Source: Nemertoderma westbladi
Taxonomy: Eukaryota; Animalia; Xenacoelomorpha
Reading direction: 5' to 3'
Assembly (NCBI GenBank): GCA_032718475.1
Contig: JAUCBJ010005223.1
Coordinates: 1-56,171 of the forward strand
DNA: 56,171 nucleotides
This document shows, one piece after another, positions 24,831 through 38,396 of this stretch; position 1 is the stretch's first letter; the number at the start of each line of letters is the position of its first letter. Made by a program: the position numbers and the translations under genes. A model generated the notes under the pieces. That model worked only from the letters and a program-made list of their open reading frames with translations. It had not been told where the DNA came from and did not search any database.

Positions 24831-25789
24831 TTAACTCTATTGTAATTAATATTCGAATAGCATAAAATCACCGAATATTTATAGCATGAATTATAGCACA
24901 AATTAATCAAACAAATTTAAGCACAATAGTTAAAGTTTATAATGTAATTTCGAATAGCAGTATGTAGGCATGTATGTATATATTCCTAAGTAGTTAGTTA
25001 GTTAGTTATTTTATTGACAAACCGTGATGAAACTCTAACAATAAATGTCAACACAAAACACAGAAAAACAAAAATAAACACAAGAATTAATTATGATTAA
25101 TAATAACGTAGAAATAAAAAACCAAAACAAACAAATACCATATACAAAACAACAATAAAAAGACGAAGATAATATAGCGAATAAACTGTAAGACATTCAC
25201 ATATTTAATCACGAACTAAACCGGGACCTACAATTTGATGATGTCTACACTTTAGTTAATGGCTAATCGAATAGGGCGAACACGGATTTGACCAATTTAG
25301 AAACAGTCGAAATTAATCTTGTCGGATTTGTTAGTAAGTAAGTAAGTACGATTAATTTTTTTTATTATAATTACAAGCAACATAATTAATAGATGTATGT
25401 AGTATTAAAAGAATTAGTGGGACAATAAACATTAATTACAATGTGAAATATATAGTTCATAATTAGATTTGGACAGGTTAGACAGCAAAAAACGGTGGGA
25501 TTTACATAGCAACATTGGTGACAACAAATACTTCCTAATATAATGACTTCCATAATGAATCATAAAAGCAGAACAATAGGGGTGTAAACGATACGCTGAC
25601 AACCAACAGCTGATAACCACTACCGAAAACGGGAAATATGAAAATGTAACCTGAGTTCGTGACTCTCGTTTATTGTTTTGGTTAGAATAACCTTCCACTG
25701 TGACCGGTTCCTTTCCCTCAATTGATAATTAACATTAATTAGCTTTAATGATGGTTGTCGGTTGATGGTGTAGCGTTTACACAATAGGA

Positions 25790-26090
25790 CCATTAACAAA
25801 ACAGGTAAGGTCACACTCAATACAGTTATGGATTCGGCAAGGAACACTTTTCTTATCGGTTGGGTAAGTGGACAATCAATGAAAATGTGTCTGTCTGTTT
25901 TAGTAGCACCATACAGACAGGTTCTTCCTTCTGAAGAAATCCACGACCACCATCCGGTTTCCATTGGAAGACGGTGGGAACTGAGTCGGAGCCTACTAAA
26001 GGAAAAACGGGCCCATTCACTAACTCTGTGGTCAGTAGTATATATTGTATGCGTTTACAGCTCAGGGTTGTATACCAGGGTAGTTAATAT
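25790..26090 (-). mobile_element. 3' fragment of LINE ORF2 (RTE-X-like zinc-finger C-terminus)
   Basis: FSRLRLSSHRLPMETGWWS..RTCLYG..TDRHIFIDCPLT read on the minus strand. Confidence 0.7.
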
Positions 26091-27889
26091 ACCTTGTAGG
26101 ATTAAGGGGGGGGGGGGGGGGGGGGCAGCAGGGGCAGCTGCCGGGGGCTCATAAGTTGGAAGAGGCCCGCAAGTTGGGGTTACCAAACATTATCTCACTG
26201 ATAAAACAACCTCATTTATTTATTAATTTCTGTCTGTTCAATAAATATTTATATCTTACATAGCGCCATTCATAGGCAGATAGACCGTGCCTGATTAGAG
26301 AATGCCATTGAAACAAAAAACAGAAGGGTAAAGGTGAGTTGATTATATTGGTTCCCTGGCTTGGCTCGCTGCATAGCTGTCGGGTGTAGCCCAGTGGAGG
26401 TGAACGTTCTAAGCGAAAAGGCTTTCCACAGTACGCAGCAAACTTTGCCCACCAGAAAGCTTCGCCCGCATCCAATCTTCGCCTGGAGCAATCTTCGCCC
26501 TCAAAATGAACAACTATCGCCCGGCGGGAACCTTCGCCCACTAAACAATTATTGTTTTGTTAAAAAAGTCTCTGTAACCTGCTTCTTTCCCTCAATTGGT
26601 ATCACCATCGTTTATTGTTTTGGTTAGAAAAAATTATCTGGTTCTCTGGTACACTACTGCTCTCTTAAGCCATCATTACCAGTATCAGGATACATATAGA
26701 CTGGTATAATAAAGTAGAGTACAGGATTGCCTTAGAAACAATAATACTGCGGAACTGCAATACCTGTAGGCCGCATACTTATACTGTGATATTTACTATC
26801 ACGGTATTTCAATTTTTCTAATTTCAATAAACAGTACTATATAACTGGGGATATCCAAACCAAAATCCCGAATTTATCGAAACTGGTTTAGGATAAGGTT
26901 GGGTGGCCTACTGTTTAATTTGAGGTATCTGTCTTCATTATGTCTTATGTGGGATGAACCATGAAGTTGTCGGAGCCTTAGCGAACTGTCACAGTTAAGG
27001 GGTGGTTCAGTAATGGAAGGAAGTAGTTGTTGTCGTTGTTGTTGCCATCGTTGCAGTTGATGTCGGTACAATATCGTCTTGCTAGTAACTTAGTCGGATA
27101 TAAAGATGTCAAATTGAAATCTTGAGGCATCAATAAACCAAAAGTTTAGATTTTCTATACTTTTAGACACCATCACTTCAACAGTCTGTGGCTAGATGGC
27201 GAAATGTCTGAAAGTGAAAACCTTTCAGTTCAAGCTGAAAATTGAAATATACATGCTAGATTGTTGGGATAAATATACTCTTGTATAAGTCTATTGTATG
27301 TTATCTGGTATACCGCAAGTGGGCTAAATTTAAAACATTCTAGAAAAGTCTGAAATTAAAACCTGCAGCCACTTCGTTATTTATAAACCTTTCTTCCTGA
27401 GTGGAACATATATTCTAGACCTCAGAATGAGGTTTAGAAAGGTCTTAAATCGACTGCAGTCAACCACTCTGCATCTAGGTGTTATAGTTATTAGGGGTCA
27501 TCTGCTTATATTTGGCTTATAATTCTTCTGAGTTGACACTTGACATATGTTTATGTCACGTGCTCCACGAAGTATACAGTGTATGTCTTATCACACTCTC
27601 AATAGCTTATTTTGACCAAATCTCATCTAATGAAACTGGATTTTGAAGATCATTGATTGTCGAATTTCCATGTAATCTCGATTATCTCATTCATTCTCGA
27701 TTTCTCGCACCACCGCACTGGAACTTTACCAAGGTAGAAGTTTGGATATCCCTGAGATGTCCCTGTGTCATCCTCACGGATATATCCCAAGGATGTCCAA
27801 ATGTAAGTCCCCAGGACATCCCAGAGATATCCTTATAATAGGATATTTTGGGACATGCTGGAGATATCCCAGGGACATCCAATCACAAA

Positions 27890-30800
27890 AAGAATACTTT
27901 TATATCTAAAAGTAAAGTCAAGAACTCAAACTATAACTATAAACTCAAGATAGATACATTCATAAGCAAATCCAATCAACTATTTGATATTGCTAGCTGC
28001 AAATGTGATATACCATCTACCTCATGCAGCTGTCAGTTGGAAAACAAGGTTCCAATAAATGAGTGGCAATTTCTCTTTGACCAACGTGGGATTCGATCTA
28101 TGTCAATTGGAAGTGATGATTGGAATACAACTAGACAACAAGAAGCATCATTAATTCGGAAGGAAAAACGAAAGTTATCTACAATCCCAATTCCCTGTGC
28201 TGAGGTTGTTGATGATTCTGATGCAGGTAACAGTACTGAACCAGAATCCTGCAGTCAAGATAGCAATAATGTCGATTTTCAGAGTAAAGTTTCAAGTTCA
28301 AAGCCAGATGCGTGATCATCTACCCTCTGTTGCCAGAGAGTGTGACCGCTTTGGAATATCTGACAGGGCAGCTACTGCTTTGACATCTGCAGCACTTCAA
28401 TACCCTGGAATTATAACATATAAAGACAAGATTAAAGTGGTTGATAAGAATAAAATTCGAAGGGAACGGTTAAAGGTCAGGTCAGCTCTGAGAGAGAATC
28501 GTCAATATACACCTATGGCTGTCTTCTTTGATGGAAGGAAAGATCAGACACGGATTCAAATGAAAATTGGCGAAAAGCGCTACCAAGGTACTGAGAAGGA
28601 AGAACATTATGTTATAATTGAGGAACCAGGATCTTCTTATATAGGACATTTCACTTCCAAATCAAACGAGGCAAGAAATGTAGAACAGGGGATTGTTGAT
28701 GTTGAATGTCTTGATGAAAATGGCTGCTCAACAGAGTCAATGGTGGCAATGGGCTCTGACAGTACAAATCTCAATACTGGTTGCAATGGAGTGGTGATTC
28801 GTTTAATGGAGGAACATTTAGGTTGACCTTTGCAGTGGATAATTTGTTCATTGCATATAAATGAGCTTCCATTACACCATTTACTTCTTCATGTGCCTTG
28901 ATATCAATATTGGCTCGTGCAGTAATGCTCTTGCATCTCAAAATCCAGGTCTATTATACCACTCCAGGTGGACCACTGCAGCAAATCGAATTCTACAAAT
29001 ATATATGTGAGCACTTATAGTCCGACGAAGAAGCTGGAAACATTAGCTGAGTTTGTCCTTAACCCTATTAAACCCGGGGAGGGGTCAATATGACCCCCCC
29101 CGTGGTTTTTTTATTATAATTCTGAAACAAACGCAGTTGGGAATCTGAAATTTTATGACTTTTCCTAAAAATCTATTGTCTTCATGGTAGTGAAAACCGT
29201 TTTCAAAAATATTGGGTACTTTTCGAGTTATAGCACCATTTTTTAACCCTACTTTTGGCACTTTTTTTGAGACGTTTTTTGAAAATTACATTTCATTAAA
29301 TATGAATTGTTACATCTCGGTTTTTGATTTACACCGGTTTTTTGGTGTTAGAAATTGGATGGAATTCATATAAATTGATTTAGAAATTTCAAACTTGTTT
29401 TTTTCGATGGGTGCCAAATTTTGGTGCCAGCACCAAATTTTGAAATAAGTCAATTTTGTAAATTGATTATTTGAAACTTGTTTTTTACGCAATTGGGGTT
29501 TTTTGAGGTTCTGGATTCGATGAAATATATACGAGTTGAACCAAGCGTATCAAACTTGTATTTTTCGGTGCTGTGTGCTAATTTTGGTGCTAGCACGAAA
29601 TTTTGAAAATCCATTTAATATATAAAATTGCTTGTGACAATTTATTTCTTGCGTTTTAGAGGTTTATGGCTGTTCTGAATTCAATGGAAAATATAATTAT
29701 CGAACTAGACATCTCAAACTTGTATTTTTCGGATGTGGGTGCAAAATGTGGTGCTAGCACCAAATTTTGAAAACCATCAAATATATCAATTGATTGTGTC
29801 ACCTTGTTTCTTGCGTTATACGGGTTTGTGATGGTTCTGAATTCAATGGAATCAGTAAAAATTTCATAAGAGTTCTCAAACTTGTATTTTTCGCCGGTGG
29901 GTGAAAATTGTTGTGCCAGCACCAAATTTTGGAAAATATGCAAATTGATAAGTAGATAGTATCACCTTGTTTCTTGCGTTATACGGGTTTATGAGGGTCC
30001 TGAATCCGATGGAATCAATAAAAACAGCACTGGACATCGCAAACTTGTACTTTTTGGTGATGGGTACGAAATTTGGTGCTAGCACCAAAATTTGCTAAAT
30101 TACGCCGAAAAATACAAGTAACAATGATCTGGCATATTAGAAATGTATTCCATTAGAATCAGCGCCCTCGAAAACCTGAAAATGTGAATTTATAGCATCG
30201 TATAAGTGAATTAAAAATTTTGTGTTCTAACTGAAAAGTGCTGGTTACTTGTTTTTTTCATTTTTTTCCTACGCAGAGAGGACTAAACAGCCATTTATAG
30301 TAATCATATCATTTTTAAATATTTTCCAATGTATTTTGCACCCCAAAAAACCTGTATTGAAAAATAATTAGCCGAAAATGTGACTTTCAAATTTTGTGAA
30401 AATTGTGCACTACTTGTAATTTTGGTGCTGCAATATAACCACCCCAGTACATTTTTTCGAAAATTTTTTTTTTCGGTTGGATCCAGACAAGTGATACCTA
30501 CGTACAAACAAAAAATCAGACGTTTTCGTAAATATTTGTAGATTTTAGAGGGGGGGGTCAATATGACCCCCTCCCGGTATTTGTACAACATTTTATAGCC
30601 CGGTACTAATAGGGTTAAGGTATATGCCCCAACTTGTTTTCAAATTAGAGCAAGGCCACTTTCTATTGATGTTCCAAGAAAACTTGTAGATCTTATAATG
30701 CGCTCAAGATACCTTCCACATCATCTATTAGATGTTATTGAACCGGTCATTGGGAGAGGTAGCTATTTTGCTCACTTAGAAAACCACCTTTTAGCTTTGT

Positions 30801-31230
30801 TAACTGATAGTCGGTGATCAATCTCTCTGGAGTTAGAATTTATGAGAATAACTCGATGCATATAATTATTTGCCCTCCAGGTGCAACATCCCGTTAGAAA
30901 GTTTGAAGTTCCCGAAATTAACCTTGCTGCAACAGACTAAATTGACTTAATAAACTGGCAAACCGGCGATGTATTTGAACCTCCAATTATAGCCAAATGG
31001 GACATTGATCAGATTAGAGCATACATTAAGTGTGATGATTGCAACCTTGATCTAACTGAATTCAAAATGCCGTGTCATACTCAATCAGTTGAACGACATG
31101 TTGCATTAGTGTCACAAGTATCAAGATCTCTTGATTGGTCAAGTGAGTCATGATGGACTAATTCGCTCTCGAATAAAGGCTAGAAAATCAATGAAGTCAA
31201 TTGAATCAAAACGTGACTATGTGGTGACAT
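27890..31230 (+). pseudogene. hAT-superfamily (hATm-like) transposase pseudogene, split by a piggyBac-like insertion
   Basis: LFDIASCKC..CSC..KVP..EWQFLFDQR, CDRFGISDRAA, FFDGRKDQT..EEHY..PGSSYIGH, GSDSTNLNTG, PLQWIICSLHINELP, FVLKVYAP (across the insertion) and PCHTQSVERHV; stops and frameshifts present; element termini not found. Confidence 0.8.
29063..30614. mobile_element. Non-autonomous piggyBac-like element, copy 2, intact TTAA TSD
   Basis: TTAA at 29059-29062 and 30615-30618; TIRs CCCTATTAAACCCGGG / CCCGGTACTAATAGGG; subterminal GGGGTCAATATGACCCC near-palindromes at both ends. Confidence 0.92.
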
Positions 31231-33767
31231 AAATTACTATATACTGGTGTTGAGGTGGTAAATCCCAAAATTACTGTATACTGGTATTGTTGAGGTAAAT
31301 CCCAATGATCTTATCTGTTTCTTTCTGTCAATTATTGTAATACTTCATTATTAATTGATATTTCAGATCAGAACTTTCCTTGTTTTCAGAAGTTAATTGA
31401 CAGGTATAATGATGTTAAAGGATTTCCTAGATTTTAGATGTGGTTGTATGTTTTTACTTACCACCCCCCCCCCCCCCCCCCCCAGAAGATTTGATTGACA
31501 TTAACTACTTTATGTTTTTTTTTATTGCCTGTATGCCAAAAATGATAATTTCTTGAAAATTTCGGCTCCTCTGGGGCAGGTCTTAATGATATTGAAATTT
31601 TAAAATATTTTGCATAATTTATATATAGGTGATTTGGCCATGATTCCATACCCCACCGATTTCATATTCCAATTTTGAGTTTTCAGCCCGCCCACTCATA
31701 CACTCATCGTTTATTTTCAAATTTTTGGGGTCCCTAGGTCTCGCTTCAGCGTATAGAAATAACCATATGCATAAAATCAGCCCTGCCAGTTGGTAAAGCA
31801 AATAGGCCTACGTTCATATAGTCATCAGCCTGCATTTCGCACTGTAGTTATTGGTAGCCTTTCACTAATTACTGATTAATTTACTTAGCAATTATGGAAC
31901 TCAGCATGTCAGTTTTCTATTAATCAGGTTAGGATCAGCCAGGTTAAGTAATTCGAAGAATAGTTTCAAGAACAAACGGGTGAATATCTGTAAGAAAGGA
32001 CAATATTTGACAGTAGATCGAATGATCAAATCGATTGTTCTGGGTTCTATTGGGTGGTTTTTTGGGGTTCTTTTGAGTTCTTTTGGGATTGTTGGGTTCA
32101 TTTGGGAGTTTAGTAGGACCCATATATTATAATTGGATGGACACTTGATGGACATAAATAGACAGACAGAACACCCTAGATAATTATACCGCGAAAATGA
32201 AATCGAAAAGGAAAAGCTACCAAAACTAGGTGGCATGTTTAATTATAATTGTACAAATTAAAATATCAACCATAATGTCATCCATATATCGGTCATCGAC
32301 AGTAATAAATAAAAGAAAATAAAATTATCTTAAACTAATAATCTCTCATTAAAATCTATATAAATTTCAGCACAATTTAGCTATCGACCTGTCCCATCAT
32401 TGGACCGAATTAGGCATATATCGCCACTGTTATACTTGTTACATGGTATACCATTGTTATTTATACTTGAAATATGTAATAATTTTGAAAAGTTTCAGGA
32501 CAGGTTCAATAGGTTCCTCGAGGTTGTATCAACAATGTTTATTCAACAATAATTTTAATTATTTCTTGTATGGTCATTGGACATTTTATTAATAATATAT
32601 AATTTTTAATATATATAAGTTATTACACTTGTAATGAAACACTGGTTTTAGCAAATTTTAGGATGAGGGGATGACATTTACACCACACTCCTTTAAAAAA
32701 TACGAATTACATAACATGATGTTTCTAACTACGTGTATCTCGTTAACTCATTAAACAACTCACCACAAAAATCATACACTATGTATGTGTGCCTGCATAA
32801 TATTGTATTGCTGTTTCCATCATATTATATATAGATGCTGAGAAAAATGAAGATTTATTACTATTGTACCTGGGCTCCCTGTAGTTAAAATAATGTGATG
32901 GACGCATTTTCCTGAGGTTGTCATTCTTCCTCCAGCTATTTATTACAGTTCATAAAGAGTTTGAGTATCCTATAATTCAAGTTATAAATCATGAATATGA
33001 GACTTCCGTATACCTGTTGCTTCTGTGAAGGATTATACAATTGATTGATTGATTATAATGATAAACTAATCTAATCCTACAAATATTAGATTGTCATGAA
33101 CCCCATTATTTATAGTTTTTACAAACCCCATTATTTATATTTGACAAACAATTTTATTTATACACTATTATATATAACTGTGCCGGCAAACACAGCAACA
33201 TAGCGGTACCAGTTCTCACAGTTAGGAATACACTTTCCTAGTGCATCCCTGTTCTCACATCCGTTGTCCTTGCGAGGTGCCAGATTTAAGTCATTTTGTC
33301 ATTGGCTATCAAGTGTCAACCACGTCTTTTCTCACCAGCAGGCTATCACAGTGCAAGGTTTTGTAAAGGTTGATCCTGCCAGTGAGTGTCCAGTGTCCAT
33401 CCAGTGTCCAAGCTTCATGTGGCGACTCTATATGGTGATGCTTGGCAATGATATGATATGTACACCTACATACATGTACATGAGAGGCACAACATAGTGC
33501 TCCCTATAGAACATCCTGGTTTATCTGCCATCCAGAGACAAGGTCTATTCAGCAGCACAGGCTATGCTGCTTCATGGAAAACTTTAAAGAGCATCAGAAT
33601 TGTCAGAACTGTCGGAATTTTAGTCTTTGTGCTATTCATAAAACAGTCATCACTGAAAGCAGCTTCTGTGCCCCCTCCAATACCTCTTAGACAATATACC
33701 GAGATCATAAGCAAATCAACATAGGTTCTACTGTGTACTAGGTAACATTTGTACACAGTATTTCCTA

Positions 33768-36357
33768 CTACTACTACTACTACTAGGTCGAGCGAACTCG
33801 GACAGTGGAAATGAGATCCTTCCAGGCTTCCCGATTCTCCATAGTTGTCGCAATTTCGTTTCTCCTAAGTTCAGTATCCCTTTCAAGTTTATCTATATAT
33901 GTTATGGCCGGTCATCCATGACTACGCTTTCCATGAGTTGGTTGCCAGAAAAGTAGATCTGGTATGACCTCGTCTTTACTTCGCCAGCAGTGCCCACTGA
34001 ATCTTAATCTGCATTCACGGAGGGTGGTTGATACAGGTGGTATTGTACCATAAAGCTCGGCATTTGTCATATGTTGTCTCCAGCTGATGTTGAGGGCTGC
34101 CCTTAGTAGTCTTGTGTAGCAACCATCAATTCGTTGTTCAAGTGATTTAGTCAGTGTCCAGGTCTCACCCCCATGTAAAAATACACTTTCCACTGTGGCT
34201 CGAAAGAACTTAGTCTTCAGGGGCCTGGAGAGATCTGATTTCCAGATGGTATCCATTTTTGATAGAGCTACCCAAGCCTTTGTTTTCCTAACTTCTATGT
34301 CCTTTTTGCTACTCTCTATCCATGATCCAAGGTACTTGAAGTCATCGACCTTCCTTAGTTGATTATTATCAATGGTTGTCAAGTTTCCATCAACATTAAA
34401 GGTCATGAATTCAGTCTTTGTAGCATTTATATGCAATCCAACCTCCTTAGCAGCCCTCTCCACTTTATTTAGTAGAAGCTGTGCATCTGCTAGGGTATTA
34501 GATAGCAGGGCGATGTCATCCGCAAAGTCGGTGTCTGTGACTGTAGTTGCCGGATATCTACTACTTCTGCGTTCTTGAAGTGTGAATCCCAGGTCTTCAC
34601 CCTTTGTGGCCGTCCTCATTGCGTAATCCAGCACAATTACAAACAGGTGCTAATGTGTCACCTTGCAGTACGCCAGCCAGGATTGAGAAAAACTCAGTTT
34701 CACCATCTGGTGAGAGTACCTGCGCTTCTGTGTCACAATATAACAATCCAATGCCAGCAACAATTACTTCTGGTATTCCATAAGCTCTTAGGATTTCAAG
34801 CATTTTACCTCTATGGATGGAGTCGAATGCCTTCTTGAAGTCCACAAAAGTCATGACAGCAGGGAGATTCTTTGACTTAATTCCTTCAATCAGTCTCCAT
34901 AGTGCAAGTATCTGAGCTATTGTTGATCTACTTGGTCGAAATCCGTTTTGGCTCTTACGCAGTAGTTTCTCTATGTGAGGCCTAATCCTATATAGAATCA
35001 TTTTATTGTATATTTTGGCAGCTACCACAAGCAGACAGATCCCACGATAGTTTGTTGGTATGCCGAGGTCTCCTTTCTTTGGGAGAGGCTTTAGTTGACC
35101 TTTAGTCCAAATTGGTGGTGGCTTTTCCCCTTTTAACATCTGGTTGCAAACATTCAATAATGGTCTGTTTAGCTCTCCGGTTTTCCATACCTCTGCTGGG
35201 ACTTCATCTAATCCACTCGCTTTATTATTGGACATGCTTTTAATGCTTCTTTGGAGTTCGGCAGGTATGAAGTCCCCTGTTTCTATAGGTAGTGTATTGT
35301 CATATATTTTCCTTGCAGGGCTGACCTCGATGTTTGGTGGCTGCCCAAGCAAGTTGCTGAAGTGATTTTTCCACTTCCAAACAAGTTCTTCAGGACTATC
35401 GGCTTTGAGGCGCCCCTTTGCACAACTTTTCCAACCAGATACCTCATTTACAGTTTGCCAGGTAAGTCTTGATTGTTGCTGTATGTGAGCAGTTGTAATT
35501 GCTTCAGTTTTATCCTGTATGTACTTTTCCTGGCTGATGTTGTAGGCCAATTTAAGATTGTCCTTAGCTTTCTCAACCTTGTTTGTTTTCGGTTGTTGGT
35601 TGTTCGGTTTTAACTTAGTAGGCTATCTTAAGATCTTCTCTCTTACAAGTAACCTCAGAGTTTTGCCATGGCACATATTGTTTTCGTTTGGGTTTCTGGG
35701 GGATATGCCTCTTAGCTGATTCCTTGTGGGCTGTTATTATATTCTGGTATATTGAATTGGTGGATTGGTCTTCATCCATTGACTGAAGTGCTTCAAAGCG
35801 GTTTTGAACTTCTACTGTATAAGCATCCTTTACAGCATTGTCAGTTCTGAGTTTTTCCCAGTCATATTTGATTTGCTTGCTTGTCCTGGGTTTGCTGGCT
35901 CTCAAACTGAGTCTGATCTCTGCAGTCACAATTCTGTGGTCCGAACCAATTAGGTTGAACGAGCTGTATGCCTCGCAGTTGATCATGCTGTTTCTCCACT
36001 TTTTGTTTATGAGGATGTAATCCAGTTGTGCTTTGGTTCCCTATAGGGTATTGAAAGGTCCATAGCTTCCCCTTACTCTTTTCGAATGTGTTGTTTGTTG
36101 GTATCAATTCACATTCTTCCATTAGGTCTAAAAGTAAGTACCCATTTCTGTTAGAACTGGTGTTATAGGTGTAACCCTTGATGTCTTCTGGGCCAATTTG
36201 ACATTCAGGTCACCAGCAATGACTTTAACATTGTGTTTCGGAATGTCCTTTATAAGTCCAGTCAGTTCTTGCTTGACTGCTTGTTCTGGCTCTGAGGCAT
36301 TGGTTGGACTGTAGCAACATATACAGCATATACAGGTTGGACTGTAGCAACACATAG
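33768..36357 (-). mobile_element. RTE-clade LINE, 5'-truncated within the AP endonuclease, frameshifted, (TAG)n tail, 12-bp TSD
   Basis: CYSPTN, VIAGDLN, SDHRIV (APE); NYRGICL, QNGFR, FVDFKKAFDSIHR, GVLQGDTLAP, DFADDIAL, FKYLGS (RT); CAGTATTTCCTA at 33756-33767 and 36358-36369. Confidence 0.95.
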
Positions 36358-38242
36358 CAGTATTTCCTAACCAGACTAACAATAGAACAGCCTGGCATAT
36401 ATATGGTAGCTGCAATGCAGCTGTCTGCACTTTTAGCTTTGCTACCAACTATCTGCACTTATCTGCACTGATACAAGTGCAGAATGTGAATGCAGCATGA
36501 AATATACTATAATGTAATAAATGAGTAATTAACAGTGGTCCTCCATCATTTTTTTGTGGGAAATGGGATCATTCTAACCATTCAAAGATTACTGCATCAG
36601 TCTAAATCTTCCTGGGAAACTGCTCTGTACTTGCATTTTTCTTTGTCAAAATCTTTCATGTTTATTACTCAAGAATACACCAAATGGTATAACAGTGTCT
36701 CTCTTGTTTCAAATAACTACACAAATAAAGAGCCTCAAATAAAGACCTTGATGCACCTTTTAAGGGAAAATCTGGAAAGTCCCCCAATAGTGATCAATGG
36801 GAAGTTGATCAGTTAGCGAAACACCTTAGATTTTCCTCAGTAAGTGTTGTCAGTATTAGACAGCTTAGAAAGCCCCTTTACTCAAAATTTACCAAGTATC
36901 ACAGAATTTGTACTCTCATCAGTGGTAGATTGTTGTAAGGTTATAGGTGAGATTTGCAGCCTTGCTTCATCAGCAGAGTTCCAGCATACATTTATCCACC
37001 CTAGTTTATCTATCCGACGCTGTTCAGAAAGAACACAACATATTGCGGCCTATTCCTATCTAATGCATTCTGCAGACCGCAAATCAACACTATGACTTGT
37101 ATTCCACCATAAGAAGGAAATTTGAATCATACTGCCTTTGTAAACGACTTGATAATTGGAGATAGTTTGATGATCAGTAATCACCAAGCTGATCAGTGAC
37201 AGAAAGTGGATGTTGATGATCCCCCCACACCTCCATGAAATACAACTGTTTCTCCTATGGCCACCTCTACCAATCACCAATAAATTCCTGGTGTGGAAAA
37301 CGACTCGCAAAACATGTCCGAGAGGCAGGCTTGAGAACTGGCAATGCCTCCTCTGAGACTGTGAGTGAAAACACTGCCCTTCCTTCCAGGGAATCAATCA
37401 ATCAAATGACAATAATTCTACTTTTTCTTAATTTTTTCCATATGAATAGTCAAAATTTACCAAATGAACTCACTTAGCTGAATATAGAAACATGAGAGTA
37501 TCATTTTATTCGTATCTCTGAAACTGGTTATGTTAGACAATTATTACTGATGACATGATAGAGATTGAGAAACATGTAAACACTACAATTTTACATACTT
37601 CGAATTATATACCTTTAGAAAAGTCCAAATAAATAGAATATGGGAGTGTCTCAAAATATACACAAATATTACAATATTTGTGTAATACTTGTTTGTTTGT
37701 ACCCTTGCAATACATATAACAACAGACCTATTCCATTGGCATGTGCTGCATGCAAAGTAAAATGAAAAATGTTATAAATACAGCTTCCATTTGACTTTAA
37801 GGAACCAACTAAAATCTAAACAACAGCATGGTTTTCTAAAATGCAAATCAACTTCAAAAAGGTGTTAATTTGTTTAAGATTTTGGATAGATGTAAAAGAT
37901 ATTAAATTAAATTGATTTATATTTAATTTATTGACAAGGATTTTGACTATGTCGTACATGGTAAACTTCTGAAAACCTTGTTGGTCATGGAATTTCCTGT
38001 AACCCAGCAGATGTCATTTCAGGTATGCCACCGGCCAGTGTTGTAAGCCCCGGTTTCGACCTGCCTCACAGTTTACCTCATAATATTCGCATGACATGTT
38101 AATCTGCAAATTATTTGCTGATAACTTAAAATGTATGCTGATTATAGGAATAATGACACCCAGTATGCTCTAAATGCCTTGTCAATTTGGTGTAATACAT
38201 GACAATTGAGTGTTTCCACTAATAAATGCCATGTTCCTCATA

Positions 38243-38396
38243 GTGTATAGATGATAGAAAAAATATAAAGTGTTGAGGGTCTTTAGCTGGTTATATTATA
38301 TTAAATAAAGATACAATAGTAAACGTTTTCGACCTACCGGTCTGCATCAGACTATGTACTGTTAATTTATTCATTTATTGGTCATCCGTTCGTTTA
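38243..38396 (-). mobile_element. 154-bp Penelope-like (pseudo-LTR) insert with 12-bp TSD
   Basis: ATGTTCCTCATA at 38231-38242 and 38397-38408; contains a minimal type I hammerhead fold. Confidence 0.75.
38313..38357 (-). ncRNA. Minimal type I hammerhead ribozyme-like motif (core variant CUGAUGCA)
   Basis: ACATAGT-CTGATGCA-GACC-GGTA-GGTC-GAAA-ACGT-TT-ACTATTGT: stem I ATAGT/ACTAT, stem II GACC/GGTC, palindromic stem III AAACGTTT. Confidence 0.65.

Noticed and set aside
26095-31785. Full hAT element bounded by GGATTAAGGGG (26099) and AATCAGCCCTG (~31775-31785)
   Set aside because: Left end lacks the matching CAGGG and no 8-bp TSD is present.
36500-37400. Degenerate coding region, with a second hammerhead candidate CTGATGAAGCAAGGCTGCAAA (minus, ~36953-36973)
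   Set aside because: No identifiable protein family; the candidate lacks GAAA and a supporting stem I.
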